A DNA stretch of 64,000 bases from Pseudogymnoascus verrucosus. Its lineage: Eukaryota. The notes under the pieces were generated by a model that had not been told where the DNA came from, searched no databases, and saw only the letters and a list, made by a program, of their open reading frames with translations. The stretch lies in NCBI GenBank assembly GCA_001662655.1, contig KV460211.1; one strand, given 5' to 3'. Positions 12,531 to 26,145 of this stretch are shown one piece after another. Position 1 is the first letter of the stretch; every line of letters starts with the position of its first letter. The position numbers and the translations under genes were made by a program.

Positions 12531-15500
12531 GATTCGGAGAGTTTGAGGATGAGGTTCGGTCGTGATGGTAGGGAGAGAGTGTGTTCGAGGGGCGGCGGAC
12601 AGGCCGTGGTAACGTTGTAGCCGTCACCGATGGGGATGTGCGTCGGCGAGGGTTGTTGTGGAGGTAGTGAAAAAAGAGTGGACGAGGTTGTCGCCGTCGG
12701 AGCGGTAGTCGGCGGTGATATGGGGTGACGAAGATGCGTTGAGGAAGGAGGTTGGCCGTCGAGGAAGTCGGGGAAGGTGATGGATGCATGAGCTGGGCGA
12801 GGATATTCGGACCGGCTTTTGGGATAGAAGATGGGTGGAATGAGCGGAGAGAAAAGAGAGTTAGGGGGGATTGACAGGTTTTTGCGGGGGGGACGAGGAG
12901 AAGATGGAGAGGTGGAGGGAGGGAGAGTGGATGATTGGGGAAGGATGTGTGGGAGTGGGTTTCGGTGGTAGTGGTGGTGATTGATGAGCGAGCGAGGGTG
13001 GGAGTAGTGGGAGAAGTGGGAGTAGCGTGTGTAGTGGCAGTAGTGTGGGAGTAGTAAGTGAAGTGGCAGTAGCGCGTGTGTGTGTGTAGCGGGAGGGAAG
13101 AGGAAACGACGATCGATGGGGGATGGGGGAAGGAAGCAAGGGCAGGGAAGAGAAGGAATGGGGGACTGGGGGGACAGGGGGGTGTGGATGGAGGAGATGA
13201 TGGGGGACGGGGAAGGGGAAGGGAAAGGCCTGTCTTGTCTGTTGTATGTCGGGGTTCGGAGATAGTCGAGGATGGGAAGAAAAAGGAACAAGGGAAAGAG
13301 CGAAAGGGCAGGGGAAGGGGAAAGGGAAGGGGGAAGAGAAAGGGAAAGGTACAAGCGGGGATAGAGTAGAGGAGAAGGGGAGGTACAAGCGTGTAGTAGG
13401 GTGGTGAGGCATGAATTGGAAGTACCACTATAGGGCGTGGGTAGATGAGAGAAGAAGTACCATCCCTGGGTGTCTGTCTGTGTGATGGAAGTATAGTGGT
13501 AAGTAGAGATGGGGTATCACAGGCTCATGGACTGGGTTGTTGTGTAGAGTGGGATTGAGGGATGGATGGGAGGGGAGGGGGATGAGATGAGGGTGCATTG
13601 TGCAAGAGAAGAGGGGACAGAAGAGAGAGAACAACAGCAAAATAGTACAGCACTAAGTACACTCCCAGGGTGTTGAATGCAGCGAGGGTACACCCGGGAT
13701 ACTTGTCCCCCCTAGCGAGGGTACAAAGTAAGGGACTTCCACTTCACTTCCCTCTCTCTGGTCTCGTCGCACGAGTCGCACGAGGGAAAAGAAGACTGGA
13801 TGGACGGAGGGGGTTAGGTTAGTTAGGTATAGACGGTACATGATTGGTACGAGGGATGACAGATATTTGCAGCATCAGATGTGTGTGCGTGTGTGGGTTG
13901 TGGGTGTTAAACAGGTGCAGAGACTGGCTAACTGACAAGTCACTCCTCGGTATACGCGATGCATGCACGACACACTGCAAAGACACTGCAAAGACACTAC
14001 TAAGGACTCGACTCGGCCTTATTCTTATTTCTTGGGTCTGTCCGGGCTAGAGTTGCTGAAAGAGGGAATTCTCCGCTTTTATTTACAGTTGGGCTTCTTC
14101 CAGTTGGTCACTTGAATGGCTGTCAGGTCCACTTTCTTGTTTGGTTCGTCCAGTTATATCCCCTCTCGCTCTCGCTTAGAGAAAAATGAGGCAGTAAGGC
14201 ACGTATCCAGGCATGAATGCATACCTAGGCTGAGTTGTAGGGTGGACGAGACTTGTACGGTGGACGACGAGAACTTGTACCTGTAGGGGCTCCTCCTGTA
14301 ACGTAGTATAGCCCGTCTCCGTCTGTTCTCTGTGAGAAGGGAGCCAAAGGAAAGGGAAGGCAAGACAAGGCAAGGGGACGAAGACGGGTTAAGCGAGTGC
14401 GAGGTAGACATGTGATTGGCGAGGAATAAGAGATTGCTCGTATTACTAAGCGGGTTTAAGGAACTGAGAGATGCTGTAACTATACTGTACTACACCTAAG
14501 ACAGGGAGTACTTAAAGACAGCACTGTATTTGAGATGGGAATAGACAGTACGTACCAAGGATAAGAAACTCGACTGCTGCTCGCGCTCTTACAACAGATT
14601 TACAGTCAAGATAGGCGAGCGAGGGGAGCTGAGTACCGTGTCTACCGTCCACCGTCTACCGTCGACTCTCTACCATACACCATCAACGTCAACGTCAATG
14701 GCTGTTATGCCAAGGGATATGTACGGCACGGCACTCGACGAATCCGTGGATACTTGATTGTCCACTGGCCCAGGCATCATACAGGGTTTGACATGATATT
14801 GTAACAATATCATGGGTTTGACGGCATCCATGGTTGAGCACGAGCACAGCAGGACAGAACAGGGTAGGATAAGAGAAAGAAATCTCCGTCGACAAATATA
14901 GACAACAGCAGCAGCAGCAGACAGAGAGCACAGTCCATCATCGCTGTTTCCATCATCTCCCTGCCGCGTCCCAATTGTGTGCACGGCACCATACCCACAG
15001 CAGGAGGGGTGTAACGCGTTGTTTCTATTGATAGAACAATGGAATTGATGCTGGTTACAGATCACAACAGGACAAAGACAAAGCGCGAGGTGGGATATAA
15101 TACTGTGCACGGCAGCGAACAAAGCGGGAGAGAGGATAGAGGATAGAGGATATGGATCGTACAGCAGACAGACACGAGACAGGAGATGGAACGCAAACAG
15201 AAGCATACTCCTCGGCTTACACTCAGTCATCTGCTGTACACCCCTCCATCCACGCATCCACGTACCTACATGCTGTATCCCCATCCATCCCCATCCCCAT
15301 CCACCCCCGACATCAACCTCACCTCCCATCCATACCACCTCACATCTCACACATTCCATCCATCCATCGCATCGCATCACAACCACTCCCTCCTCCCACC
15401 AGCCCGTCTCGTCGGCGCTCATTTGTCAGTTCGATATGGTCAATGCATGGTATGTTTTCTAGGTTATAGCATATCCCTTGCACTCCTAAGCTAGATATGA

Positions 15501-18500
15501 GTAGCGTAGGAGCCGAGTAGGATTCGAACCTAAAAACGTAAAACAGGAAAAAGAAAGGAATAACCGCACGCACGCATGTCAACTTGGCGCGGCTAGGCGG
15601 CAAGGCGTCTAGCGTAACGTTTTAGGCTGCTGGGAGAAACAAAGGAAGGGTCTGAGGACGGACGGGCAGGACAGGCTTGAGCGCAGGGGGTGGGAGTTAG
15701 AGTAGTTTGTATGGACTAAGCTATAGTACAGTGCGTGCCGCGAAGGATGAGGGATGGAATAACTCAATCGCGCAAGCAAGAAACTGTTTTCTTACGGATA
15801 GATGGGGATTTGTATGCTTGCATTCCTTACTTCGATTACCCGTCCCCTTCCTTACTTCGATCCTCTGGTATTTCAAATTAAGACAAAGAGCTCTCACATC
15901 ACATCACGGCTTGAGGATCGATCGATCGATCACAGCTCAAGCAAGGGACCAACCTTACTGACTGATACTTACTGACAAAACAAAGAATCCCATCCATCCC
16001 TAAAATATGATATATAATAAGAACAAACAACCCACCTCGCGCATGACCGAAGAAAGGGATCGAGGGACCCGAGCGATTGGGTTTGAAACGGCGGTTGGTT
16101 GGTGGTGGTGGGTTTTTTGGTATCTGTGTGTTGTTAGTGGGCTAGGACGTGGTGATGCGTGCGTGAATCCCTCTCATCTCCCGGCCGCGTCTAATGGGGG
16201 ATGGGTGTGTGCCGGTGTGCCGGGTGGGGAGGAAGGATCGATCGGGGGATTCATTGAAGAGGGTAAGGGAGGTGAGAGCCTAGGTGAAGGGTGAGGTGAG
16301 GCTAGGTGATGAGGCTAGGTGAAGGATGAGACGACGGCGGATGTGAATGTGAGAAGTCAAAAAGGAAGAAGCGCTGTTACCGCCTCATCCTAATCCTCCT
16401 CCTCACATCCACATCCACATCCACATGCCAGCCAGCCCTCTCACTTTCACGTCCACTTTTCAAACCTCACTGCACAACACATCACACACAGCACATCCAT
16501 CACCAACCAACCCACTCACCTGCACCTATCTATCCACCCTCACAAGCCAACCATCCAGCCAGCCAGCAAACTGACAGACAGACCGACCCGTCCTATAACG
16601 ACTCCACTAAACCCATCACATCCACAAACCCATCAAAATCACGTGTCAACCCACCTCCCACCTCGCTTCAGCACAGTACAGTGCACCACGCACCACAAAT
16701 ATCCCGCACGCACCTACCTCCATGGCGGCACACACCACAAAAGGGCCGACTTGAACGTGTGGCTTTGCCAACCCGCATACATACATACTCACACATCGTC
16801 ACCTTGAGGTTTTGTATGTACACTTTCCACACTTGCTTGCTTCTTGCTATACTACTGTACTTGCAGTCCGCTACTGCGCTGTAGCGGAGTAGAAGTAGAG
16901 TATTGCGCGGCGCTATACTACTGCTGCACGTGAACTGTAGCGTGCTGCTCGGGGCTCCTACCAAGAAACGTCGTCGTCAACGGCCAACGGCCAGCGAGAC
17001 ACCGCGTGGGGTAGTGTAATACACCTACACCTGTTCTGCCAGGCAGCGCGCCCCGCGCGGCTGCTACCGCTGTCGTTTTTCGGTGTGGGTGAGAGAGTAA
17101 GAGGCGGGGAAAGGGCCGAGAAAGGGGCGGGGAGGGGGGGTTTCTCGCCGGTGGCCGGATGTTAGGGTTGTAGTGGGGAGGGAGGCTTTTTTTTTCTCTG
17201 GGCGGGCAGGGAGAGGTGTTTGTGGAGGCGGGGTGGGAGGTATGGGGAATGTGGGTGAAGGGGATGTGGAATGTGGAGGTGGCGATGTTGTGGGTTGAGG
17301 GTTGGTGAGGTGTGGTGATAGGTGTGGTGAGATGGTGAGATGGTGAGATGGTGTGGTGAGGAGGTGAGGTGAGAAACTGAGCATCCTATACTCCGCGTGA
17401 GGCTGGTATCTGGAGCTATGGTACAGTAGGTAAATCAGGGGATGTAAGACCCCTTACTCACATCCCCTATCACTTCCCCTGTCTATCACGCGCGGAATTC
17501 GGGTCAACGCCAGCACCGGCAACAGCTACAACGGCAACTACAGCAACCACAGCAGCAGCTACCTACCAACCTACCATACCACAAACAACGCTGAAACCAG
17601 ATCACCACGCCACACCCCTTCACAAACAGACAGACAGACGCACGCGAGATGAGAAGGAGACATGGCAAGCCTGCCCTCGGTTCTCTCGGCTGTGCACAAA
17701 CTAAAGATAGTATCCCAATATCCAGCCCGTGCTATCCCCGCCGTGTTATCCTTAGGGTTACGCTGAGCTGGGTTGGGTTGGGTTGATCCGGGATGCGATA
17801 TCCCTCCATCCCATCCCATCCATCTATCCCACGCACGGAGCATGGGCAGACACGTTCTAAAAGGCAAATCGCCGGTGCCAGAAAAGGAAATCGGCCGTGA
17901 TCGTCAGACTACTACTATATTTCGGTTGACATGCCATGGATTAGACGTAAATACATGGCATCCCAACCGGCCGACAAACCCATGATCGACGCCCTAGACG
18001 TGGGGATGGTTTTGAGCCGCTGATCACCCACCATCCAGTCGGGCCGAGGGGCGGGCGGGATGTACTACTCGCCAACGACCACGGTGAGGAAGCTGTCGAT
18101 ATTCTTCGCTTCCGCGCGTCTTTTTTACAGTTTCTCTCGTGGAGCTTGGGGCGGTGCGATTGCGAGTGCGAGTGCGAGGGCGGGAAGTGGGGAAGGGCGT
18201 GGTGGAGATGGGGATGCAGTAAGTTCCCGCTTCATGGTGGAAAGGTGGAGGTGGAGATAGGTTGGTATGAGTTATGCGGCGGTTTTCACCTCTCTCCTCA
18301 CCTCGTCTGGTGTTGTTGCCGATTATCATGCCCTTCCGTCCGTCATTCATCACGGTGTTGTCTTGCTGTGGCGTCACCATTTCACCTCATCCCAGCTCAT
18401 CTCAACTAAGCTCCTATCCTATCCCATCCTATCCATCCCATCTCAGTACCTAGAGCGAGCGAGGTCGGCGCAAGCTCCCCTGACACAATACGGCAAGCTA

Positions 18501-18549
18501 CGGCCGTAGACACGCGAAGTGTGCCTCCTACGCCACATCATCGTTATTA

Positions 18550-21500
18550 TCAAAAATACCGCCGCAAGTTGCGCCTCTTCAACGCCTTTTTGGCCAGTAC
18601 CGCCGTTGAGGTGCATGGATAGCATGAGGGCTATGCCATGCCATGCCGCACTCGCCTTTTCTTGCCCTGTTTATTTATCCCCCCTCCCCACCCCCACAGC
18701 CAAGATGTCGATGTCGCCGCATACGAGCATTAGGGCGCGCGTGGGTATGAGCTCCGGGGTGCACACTCGCGTTTTCTTGCTTGTTTTTTTTTTTCTCCCG
18801 GGCGGCCAAGATTTCAATGCCGTGGTAATCCAGGTCTTCCACATGTTTTTTTTGCTTTCTGGTGTCGTCGTATGATGGGCGGGAGGGCGTGCGTGCGTGG
18901 GGATTAAGTCCCCGGTGCTCTCGCCTTTTCTTGCCCTGTTTCGTTCCCTCCCCCGCTGGCAAAATGCCAATACCGCCGCATACGAGACGAGCATGGGAGC
19001 TTGGGGGATAAGCGCCTCATTTAGGGCATCGGCACGCCGGCACCAACCAGGCGTGATGCACAATTCCATGACCCCTTTCTGCCACCGACAGACCGAGCGG
19101 CCTTACTATCCCGCCCGCCTCCGCATTCGTGGCGTCGTCTACAGCGGGATGGCGGGGTATGAGTCTCCCCTCCCCTCCCCCTTTTCTTCCCTGCTTTTTT
19201 GGGGGGGTCTCGTTGGAAGATCACTGCTGCTGCTGGTAGGGCGTAGGGATAAGCGCCCGCCCCCTCCTTTTAGTCTGTGGTCTGTTCACTGTTCATATTT
19301 GTGGGTGATGCACACGATGCGAGATGCGAGATGCATAACCCCCTTCCTGCCACCCACCGACCGACCGACCGGTGTTACTTTCTCGTTGACGCATTTTGTG
19401 GCGTCACGACCCCCTTTCTGCCATCAACCGACCGATCGGCCTTACTATCCCGCCCGCTGACGCATGTGTGGCTTTTTGTACGCGAGAGAGGTAGGGGGAG
19501 GGATCAGCGCGTGGGAATCGCGTGTAGTGCAGGTGCAGCGACGATGCGGCGGGGGTGCGGTTTGATAGGGCATGCTTGCTGGGCTGAAAGGGAGGAGGTA
19601 GGGGTATTTCGGAGTTGATCCGGACTGGTGGGTTGTTGGTTATGCGCGTTTTCTTTCCCTTTCATCATTATCAGCTTCGCTGTCTCCACCTATCAGATCA
19701 CAGAGCGAGGTTGAAGCTGGCCCCCTCTCCCCCTTTCCCTTTTCAGCCCCAACACCGCCGCATGAAGATCAATGCGTCTCGTACGCCACGTTGATGCTGG
19801 GTATCGCCGCAGACGGGCATGAAAGCGTGGGGGAATGCTTCTGCACTCTCCATCCCTTTTTCTTCCCTGTTCTCTTTTCCCTGCCGAAAGCTCAATGCCG
19901 TCGTATGGGGACCAATGCACCTCGTTTGCCACGTTGACGCTGCATATCGCCGCACACGGGCATGAAGACGTGAGGGGACAAGCGCCCGCTCCCCCCATAT
20001 CTGGGGCCGGCCCTACTATCCCGCCCGCCTCCGCATTTGTGACGTGAGCCCCCCTTTTTCTTCCCTGTTTCTTCCTTCCCCCTCCGCGGCCGCCACTGCC
20101 AAAGTGTCAATATCGTTAGTAGGGCATGGAATAAGCGCCCTACCTCCTCCCGGCCTCCTCTTTTAGGGATGTCGGTAGGTGATGTGGATGGGTGATGCGA
20201 GATGCGCAACTGACCCCTTTCTCCTGCCTACCGACCGGTCGGCCTTACTTTCCCGCTCTCGGCATTGATGCCGTACTGTAGGGTTAGGGGAGCGCGTGGG
20301 AATCGCGTGTGCTGAGGTGGCGGTTGGATAGGGCTTGTTGTGCTGAAAGGGGGGAGGAGTCGGTTGATCCAAACTGGTGGGTTTGGTTATGCGCGTTTTA
20401 CTTCCTATCCTCGTCTCGTATCATCATCTATACCCCCTTCTATAATTATCACATCATAACATCACTTCCCTATTCCCTCTACGAGCAAGACCGAATCACC
20501 ACCCCCCCGTTTTTCTTCCCTGTTTCTTTTCCACGCCGAAAGCCCAATGCCGCCGCATACGAGCATGAGAACGTGCGTAAACTCCGGTTCCCTCCTTTGA
20601 GGCTATGGGTAAATGCACGGCGGCGATGCAAACCCCCTTTCGGTGAGGGTCGGCCTTACTATCCCGCCTCGGCATTTATGCCGTGCTGCGGATGAGCGCG
20701 TGGGAATCGCGTGGAGTGGGAATAAGGCATGTTGTGCTGAAATGGGATACCCCTCGCCCGATTCGGTGTAGTTGGTGTGGTTATGCGCGTTTTCCTTCCC
20801 TGTCATCATTACCTGCATTACTCTCCATTTCTCCTCCTATCCCATCACATAGCGAGATTAGATCTCAACCCTCCCCCCCTCTCCACCCCTTTCCCCTTTC
20901 AGCGCCAATACCGTCGTAGGTAAAGCAGGTACGCGTCGTACGCCACGTTGTCTCTGCATATCGCCGCACACGGGCATGAGAGGCGTGGGGATAACCTCCC
21001 TCCAGCGCTCTCCACCCCCTTTTCTTCCCTGTTTTCTTTTCCCCATCAAAATCTCAGTGCCGAATGAGATCAGCTCCCGACCGCTTCCCCCTTCTTCTTC
21101 CCTGTTTTTTTTGTCTCTGCCGAGAGCCCAGTATGGCCGCATACGATGCCGAGAGCGTGGGGTAAGTGCCCGCCTCCTCATTTTTTTTATCGGCGGTGGG
21201 GGATGCATGACCCCTTTTTGGTGATGGTCGGCCTTACTTTCCCGCTCTCGGTATTTGAGGCATAGTGTAGGGTGAAGTGGGATGAGCGCGTGGGAATCGC
21301 GTGTGATGAGGGTGTGGCGAGGATGGATGGGGTTTGTTGTGCTGAAAGGGGGTGCGCGTTGCTCGATCTGGGGTGGTGGGTGCAGTTTGCGTGGTTTATT
21401 TCTCTATTTTCGTCATTACGTGCATCTCTTTCTCCCTTTTGGTCATCATCATCCTCCCCTTTTTCCCTTATCCCTCCACAGAAGCGTGGCCAGATCCAAC

Positions 21501-21800
21501 CCCCCTCCCCCCTTGCGAGGCCCCCCTTTTTTCTTCCCTGTTTTTTTTTGCCCTAATACCGCCGCAGACGGGCATGAGAGCTGAGATAAGCTCCCGCCCC
21601 CTCCTTTTTGGTCTGGTGGCGCCGGGTGGAGAACCCGCTTTCTGGTGCCGTCCGGCCCTACTATGTCTCCGCCTCGACAGTTGTGGCGGTTTTTCTATAC
21701 GACAAGGAGGAAGAGGTGTGAATTGTGGGGAGTGTGGCGAGGGTGCGGCGATATGGGGGGTTGTGGCAAAAAGGGGCTTCTATCGGGCATCGGGTTGTAC
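18550..21800. repeat. Degenerate non-coding tandem array of ~230-580 bp units
   Basis: CGGCC(T/C)TACT(A/T)TCCCG at 19098, 19437, 20008, 20240, 20651, 21229 (decayed copy 21653); AGCGCGTGGGAATCGCGTG at 19506, 20291, 20695, 21285; GGTTATGCGCGTTTT at ~19638, 20385, 20779; many GCCGCA(T/C/G)ACG modules. Confidence 0.85.
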
Positions 21801-23029
21801 TGGCAGTGGGTGAGGAGGGAGTCGAGTTGGTGTGCCGCTATTGCCGCAGGTTATTATTACGGCGAGGTCTTCAGCGAGGAAGGCAGAACAATTGAGGCAC
21901 GAAGCCGAGGCAGGGAAAGTAACCGGCTGGTCCAGGGTGAACCAACGCATGTTGGGTTACTATCGGGGTGACGGTGATGGATGGGAGGCCTTGGTATGAG
22001 AGAAGGTTTGTGAAGGGGGGCGAGAAAGTGCGCTGTTGTCGTTAGTGTTTTGTTGCCGTTGGTATGCTGTCGTCATCGGTATGCTGTTGTTGTTGTTCTG
22101 TTGTCGTCGACGCGCTATTCTCGTCACGATACAAGTCCATACAGAGATAACGAAGCGATTCAGCATGCGCTCTATTCACTCCCAAAACTCGTACCGGCAA
22201 GAAAACAGCCCTAATCCATTCGAGGTCGTTTCGTTTGATGCTTCATATTCCATCCATCTCAGTCTAGGTACCAGACTCATTTATAGTGCGCTGCTCGGTG
22301 ACGTTGGGGTTGGTGAGTTCGATCGACGGGCCGTATTCACGAGATGGTGGGGTGCAAACGTCTGTTTCTGAGGCTCAGTGGACTCCGCATACTATGTAGG
22401 TGCATATCTTGTTGTCGTCTCTGGTTGAGCGAGGAAATGGTGATTTTGTGGTCTTGTTATGTGGAAGTTGGGAGTATGGGGGGTGTTTCTTTTTGTATGT
22501 TCGCACTGGGATGGAGATATTGATGTGGGGGGAAGGTAAGTGGGTTTATTTCATCTCACCCATATGGTCTCATCGTAGTCGATGACTCCAATGTTTTCGA
22601 CAGATAGAGAGAGATAGGGGTCAATCAATGTAGATATCCCTACTATTTACTCCTCGCAGACCGGCATTGAGACAATCTCTAAATTCCAAGTCCTCTGAAG
22701 CCATTGAATATATAAAGGGGCCTAAGGTTTACCCCTTTTCCAGGAAGACGAGATTATTTACTTCCTTCCAGCACACTTACCACATACTTACCATTCACGC
22801 GATATACTTTGCCAATATACCCCACCGATCCAAGGCAAGATTCACAAAGCACAGAATATTTGTCGAAACGCATGCCAGTTTCTTAACCAGGACGGACCCG
22901 CAAATTTGCACTACAATACGAATATATCTCTACCAATCTCCCTCCCCATTCGCCCAAAGGTGGGGAAAGTGCAAAAAACGCCAAACGTCTCACTGGAGAT
23001 ACGGTTGGTTCCAGCAGACAGAGATGCCT

Positions 23030-23855
23030 GATATTCCATCCTCACCGATGACGCCTCTGCCGCCTCATCCCACCACGCCGCTACCCACCCTACTGTCACC
23101 AGCTGTTCTTGTCACCGTTACCTCTGCTACCATCTCCTTCCCTTCGCGTTCGACAAACCGTGTTGGTATACTAGACCCTCGCTAGAATATCTTTTCTCGG
23201 CGCCATCCAAAGAGGAACACATGATCAACCCCTTATTTGAAAATTTCTTGTGGCTGTAATCTTCTGTAGGTCCTCATCTCATAATTTTATATATCGTTCA
23301 GTCCTGTTCCGAGTTTGCTGGGCTGAGGGAATCCCAGCCTGCCGTTATCATTACATGCTTATCTCAATATACCACATTTGCTCCCTCTATGTCTACTGCT
23401 TTAACACCCCTCTCCTTGACTTTCTGCCATATTGTCTCCGTGCACTCATGATACCCACGTCTCTCGATTGCCCTCCTATTCATGGACTCAGTTTCGTATT
23501 ACGGATCTGAATTCTCATACCCGCTCCCAGGCCCGCATTTATTCCACCATATGCGCGACTAGAACTCCCTCCTCGCCCACAATATAAAAGATGCAGTGGT
23601 ATTTCGATTTGCAACCCAAACGTTAGGAACCACAATGGAGACATTCCGCTTACGCACGGTTCTGGGATCTCTGTACGTTTCTCCACACTTATTGCCAAGC
23701 GTATATTGGATGTTATTGTAGAGGAATTTTGGCGGGTGAGTCCACGGTATGTAGATGTAATGGGTGGTGACGACAGAGATGGTGGTGACGAGAATAGCTG
23801 ATGATAGTGGGAGTGCAACGGTGGAGACGTGGTCGGTGAGAAAGGGGTATTGACT
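23030..23855. repeat. Diverged inverted repeat pair (possible decayed MITE/foldback element)
   Basis: The reverse complement of ~23030-23135 (cagaggtaacggtgacaagaacagctggtgacagtagg...gaggcgtcatcggtgag) aligns with ~23765-23855 (cagagatggtggtgacgagaatagctgatgatagtggg...gagacgtggtcggtgag), differing mostly by transitions. Confidence 0.6.
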
Positions 23856-25461
23856 CGGATGAGTGATTTCTTGCTCTCTTACTGTGCAGTGACACGCCTC
23901 TTCCAACTGGCGGCGAAGGTCTATCTTTGATTACCATTCCGATCTGTGATGCCTCGTGAGAGTATTGAGCTTGGGGCAAGCTAGGTCGCAGGTTTCATAG
24001 TAGTACTTCTTCTACTCCTTCGCCCTCGCTCTCATCCTCGTCACTTTATCATTCTGCCGGACCTTGTCCAGATTATTTAGATGGAATTTGGTTGTTTGCC
24101 TTGTCCAAATTGCCATGGATTTCTTGGACCTTGGTTTCCATGACGGGCCTTTTTTTTACGAACGGGTTCACCGTTGGTATGCTAACGTTGGCCAGGTCAT
24201 ATCATACTATTTAAATGGCAGATGTGATTCTCAAGCGTTTTCTTCCATATAAAGATTTTCTGACACAAGAATCAAAACTACCAACGACATGAGAACTCGT
24301 ACCAAACTTTTTGCAGAAAGCTTTCTAAACTATCCAAGGATACACCCCGGCTAGTCGCTGCTGTCGACAACCACTCCAACCGGAGATATGTTAAGGCTAA
24401 GCTCGCATACTACAAAACGACGGTGGTGGCAGGGCTCGCGATGATGAGAAAAGCTAGCAACAGCAGGATGGCTAGCGGCAGTGGGGTACAGCGGTAGAAG
24501 TGTGGTCGTTGAGAAAGGGGCATTGGGATAGTGAAGGTTCACGCGCCACGTAACCCTCCACAAATATATCATTGGCGTCCCTTCGTTCTCGTCCCATTGC
24601 GATACCATGCTTGTCCGTAATTACTTCATGGCACTGTCTAACAAGCTCTTAATCCCTCCACAATATCCTTAATATGCTTAGTTCGAACATCCTTCTTTTG
24701 TCTTCACAGTGCTGATAACGTCTCGAGATCCTTAACAATTGTCTAGACGGTTTCGACCGCAGTATTAAACCCCTTTATCCCGCTAGCAGACTTTATCTAC
24801 ATAGTATCCATATTCTTACTAATCTCTGTTCGTGGACCGACAAAACTCTACCAGATTCTCAATGTGTTCAGTTGTCGCGAATTTGCTCGAATCTTCAATA
24901 ATTTCTCAAAGTTCTCTCCAAGATTTGCATCTCACTACGAATGGGACTGGAGTCATCCGACAGCCATGTTTTGTGTTGCAATCACTATTTTACACGGACA
25001 ACATTGATACGGCATATACTAACATTTTTGTTGGTAGTTGGAAATAGGAGGTCCATGATGGCGTGATGTTGGCGGCTGTGAGGGCGGCCGGGTTGTGAGA
25101 ATGTGTGGCTGTGTCGTCAACAACTACGGTTAACCCCCACGCAACATACTTTCCGATGATGGTGGTAAGTTCTGCCATATTGCAAGTTTGAGATATTTGA
25201 GATGGCAGCATGTTTCAACAGCGTTTTATAACCACTTTATTTTTTGGGGGTTTGTTTTTAGTTGCCCATTTTAATAGGGGTGGTATCACATATGAGAATA
25301 AGGATATGAAATAAACCAACCCTGTATCTACGAAACGGGGTTTTCAAATGCCCTTTCCATTGACGCTACTTGCTATAGTCATATGGTACCAAAAAAACAG
25401 ATTGTTGATAAACTTACGAAGCCGGGATTCAACTACTCGTTGGAGAAAACGGCCACCTCAT

Positions 25462-26145
25462 TTACACATTACTAACCTCTGCCTTGCAATCTTGCAACTT
25501 CGCCTCAATTAATGCTCGCACCTCCTCCGCCGAATGCACCTCGCTGAGCCAGCATTTCATCATCACATCCCCACACGGCAACTGGACTACAGATGGGAAT
25601 TTCTTCTCCTCAAACAAAGCCGTCACCTCATCATCCTTCAGCTCCAAATACGGCTCTTTCCCCGTCATAATCTCATAAATCGTCGACCCCAACGCAAACA
25701 ACTCCGTCTTAGCAGTCGACGGCTCCTTTATGTCACGAGGCATGAGCGCGTTCTTGGCTCCTCGCCGCGGATGTAAGAGCCCAGGTCGCCCTCGGGCATG
25801 TACTCGAGGATCAGCCCCTCGTCGCGCGAGTAACTGATCATCTCGAGGAGGCGGGGGTGCTTCTTGGGAAGGCGCTGGTAGATCCGTGACTCTAGCTCGA
25901 GGGAGTCAATAAAGCTCTCGTCAAGGCGCTCGGGGTAGACGTTTTTGCGGACGTGGTTGCTCGGGAGGTGGATGAGGCAGCTGCTGCCGGCGTTGATGAC
26001 GTCGAGGCGGGTAGCGCGGATGGCGGGGTCGAGGTGGGGGGGAAGGGGGAGGGGCTGGGGCGGGTAGTGGGTTGGCGGTTGGGGGGGTTGGTTTCTCACT
26101 TGGGGGGCTTGGGTGGGGGGAAGTTCGGATGCGATGACGGCCATG
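25462..26145 (-). pseudogene. Fungal Ser/Thr protein kinase-like gene with internal deletion and frameshift
   Basis: N-lobe/hinge (LESRIYQRLPKKHPRLLEMISYSRDEGLILEYMPEGDLGSYIR) runs almost directly into the C-lobe (MPRDIKEPSTAKTELFALGSTIYEIMTGKEPY) in another frame at ~25745-25770. No HxD catalytic loop or DFG-like motif, and no room for an intron. Confidence 0.7.

Noticed and set aside
12118..13428. Long Pro/Ser/His-rich ORFs (436, 328, 183 aa) upstream of the TF
   Set aside because: Pyrimidine-rich low-complexity DNA is open in all three frames; the conserved protein starts near 12530. A uORF role cannot be excluded.
18500..22000. Many 60-190 aa ORFs within the repeat array
   Set aside because: Frames are not preserved between units, indels are not multiples of three, and no domain motifs are present.
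23950..25210. Possible decayed gene on the minus strand (e.g. TIVKDLETLSAL*RQKKDVRTKHIKDIVEGLRAC*)
   Set aside because: Protein-like stretches broken by stops, but I cannot assign a family; it needs TBLASTX.
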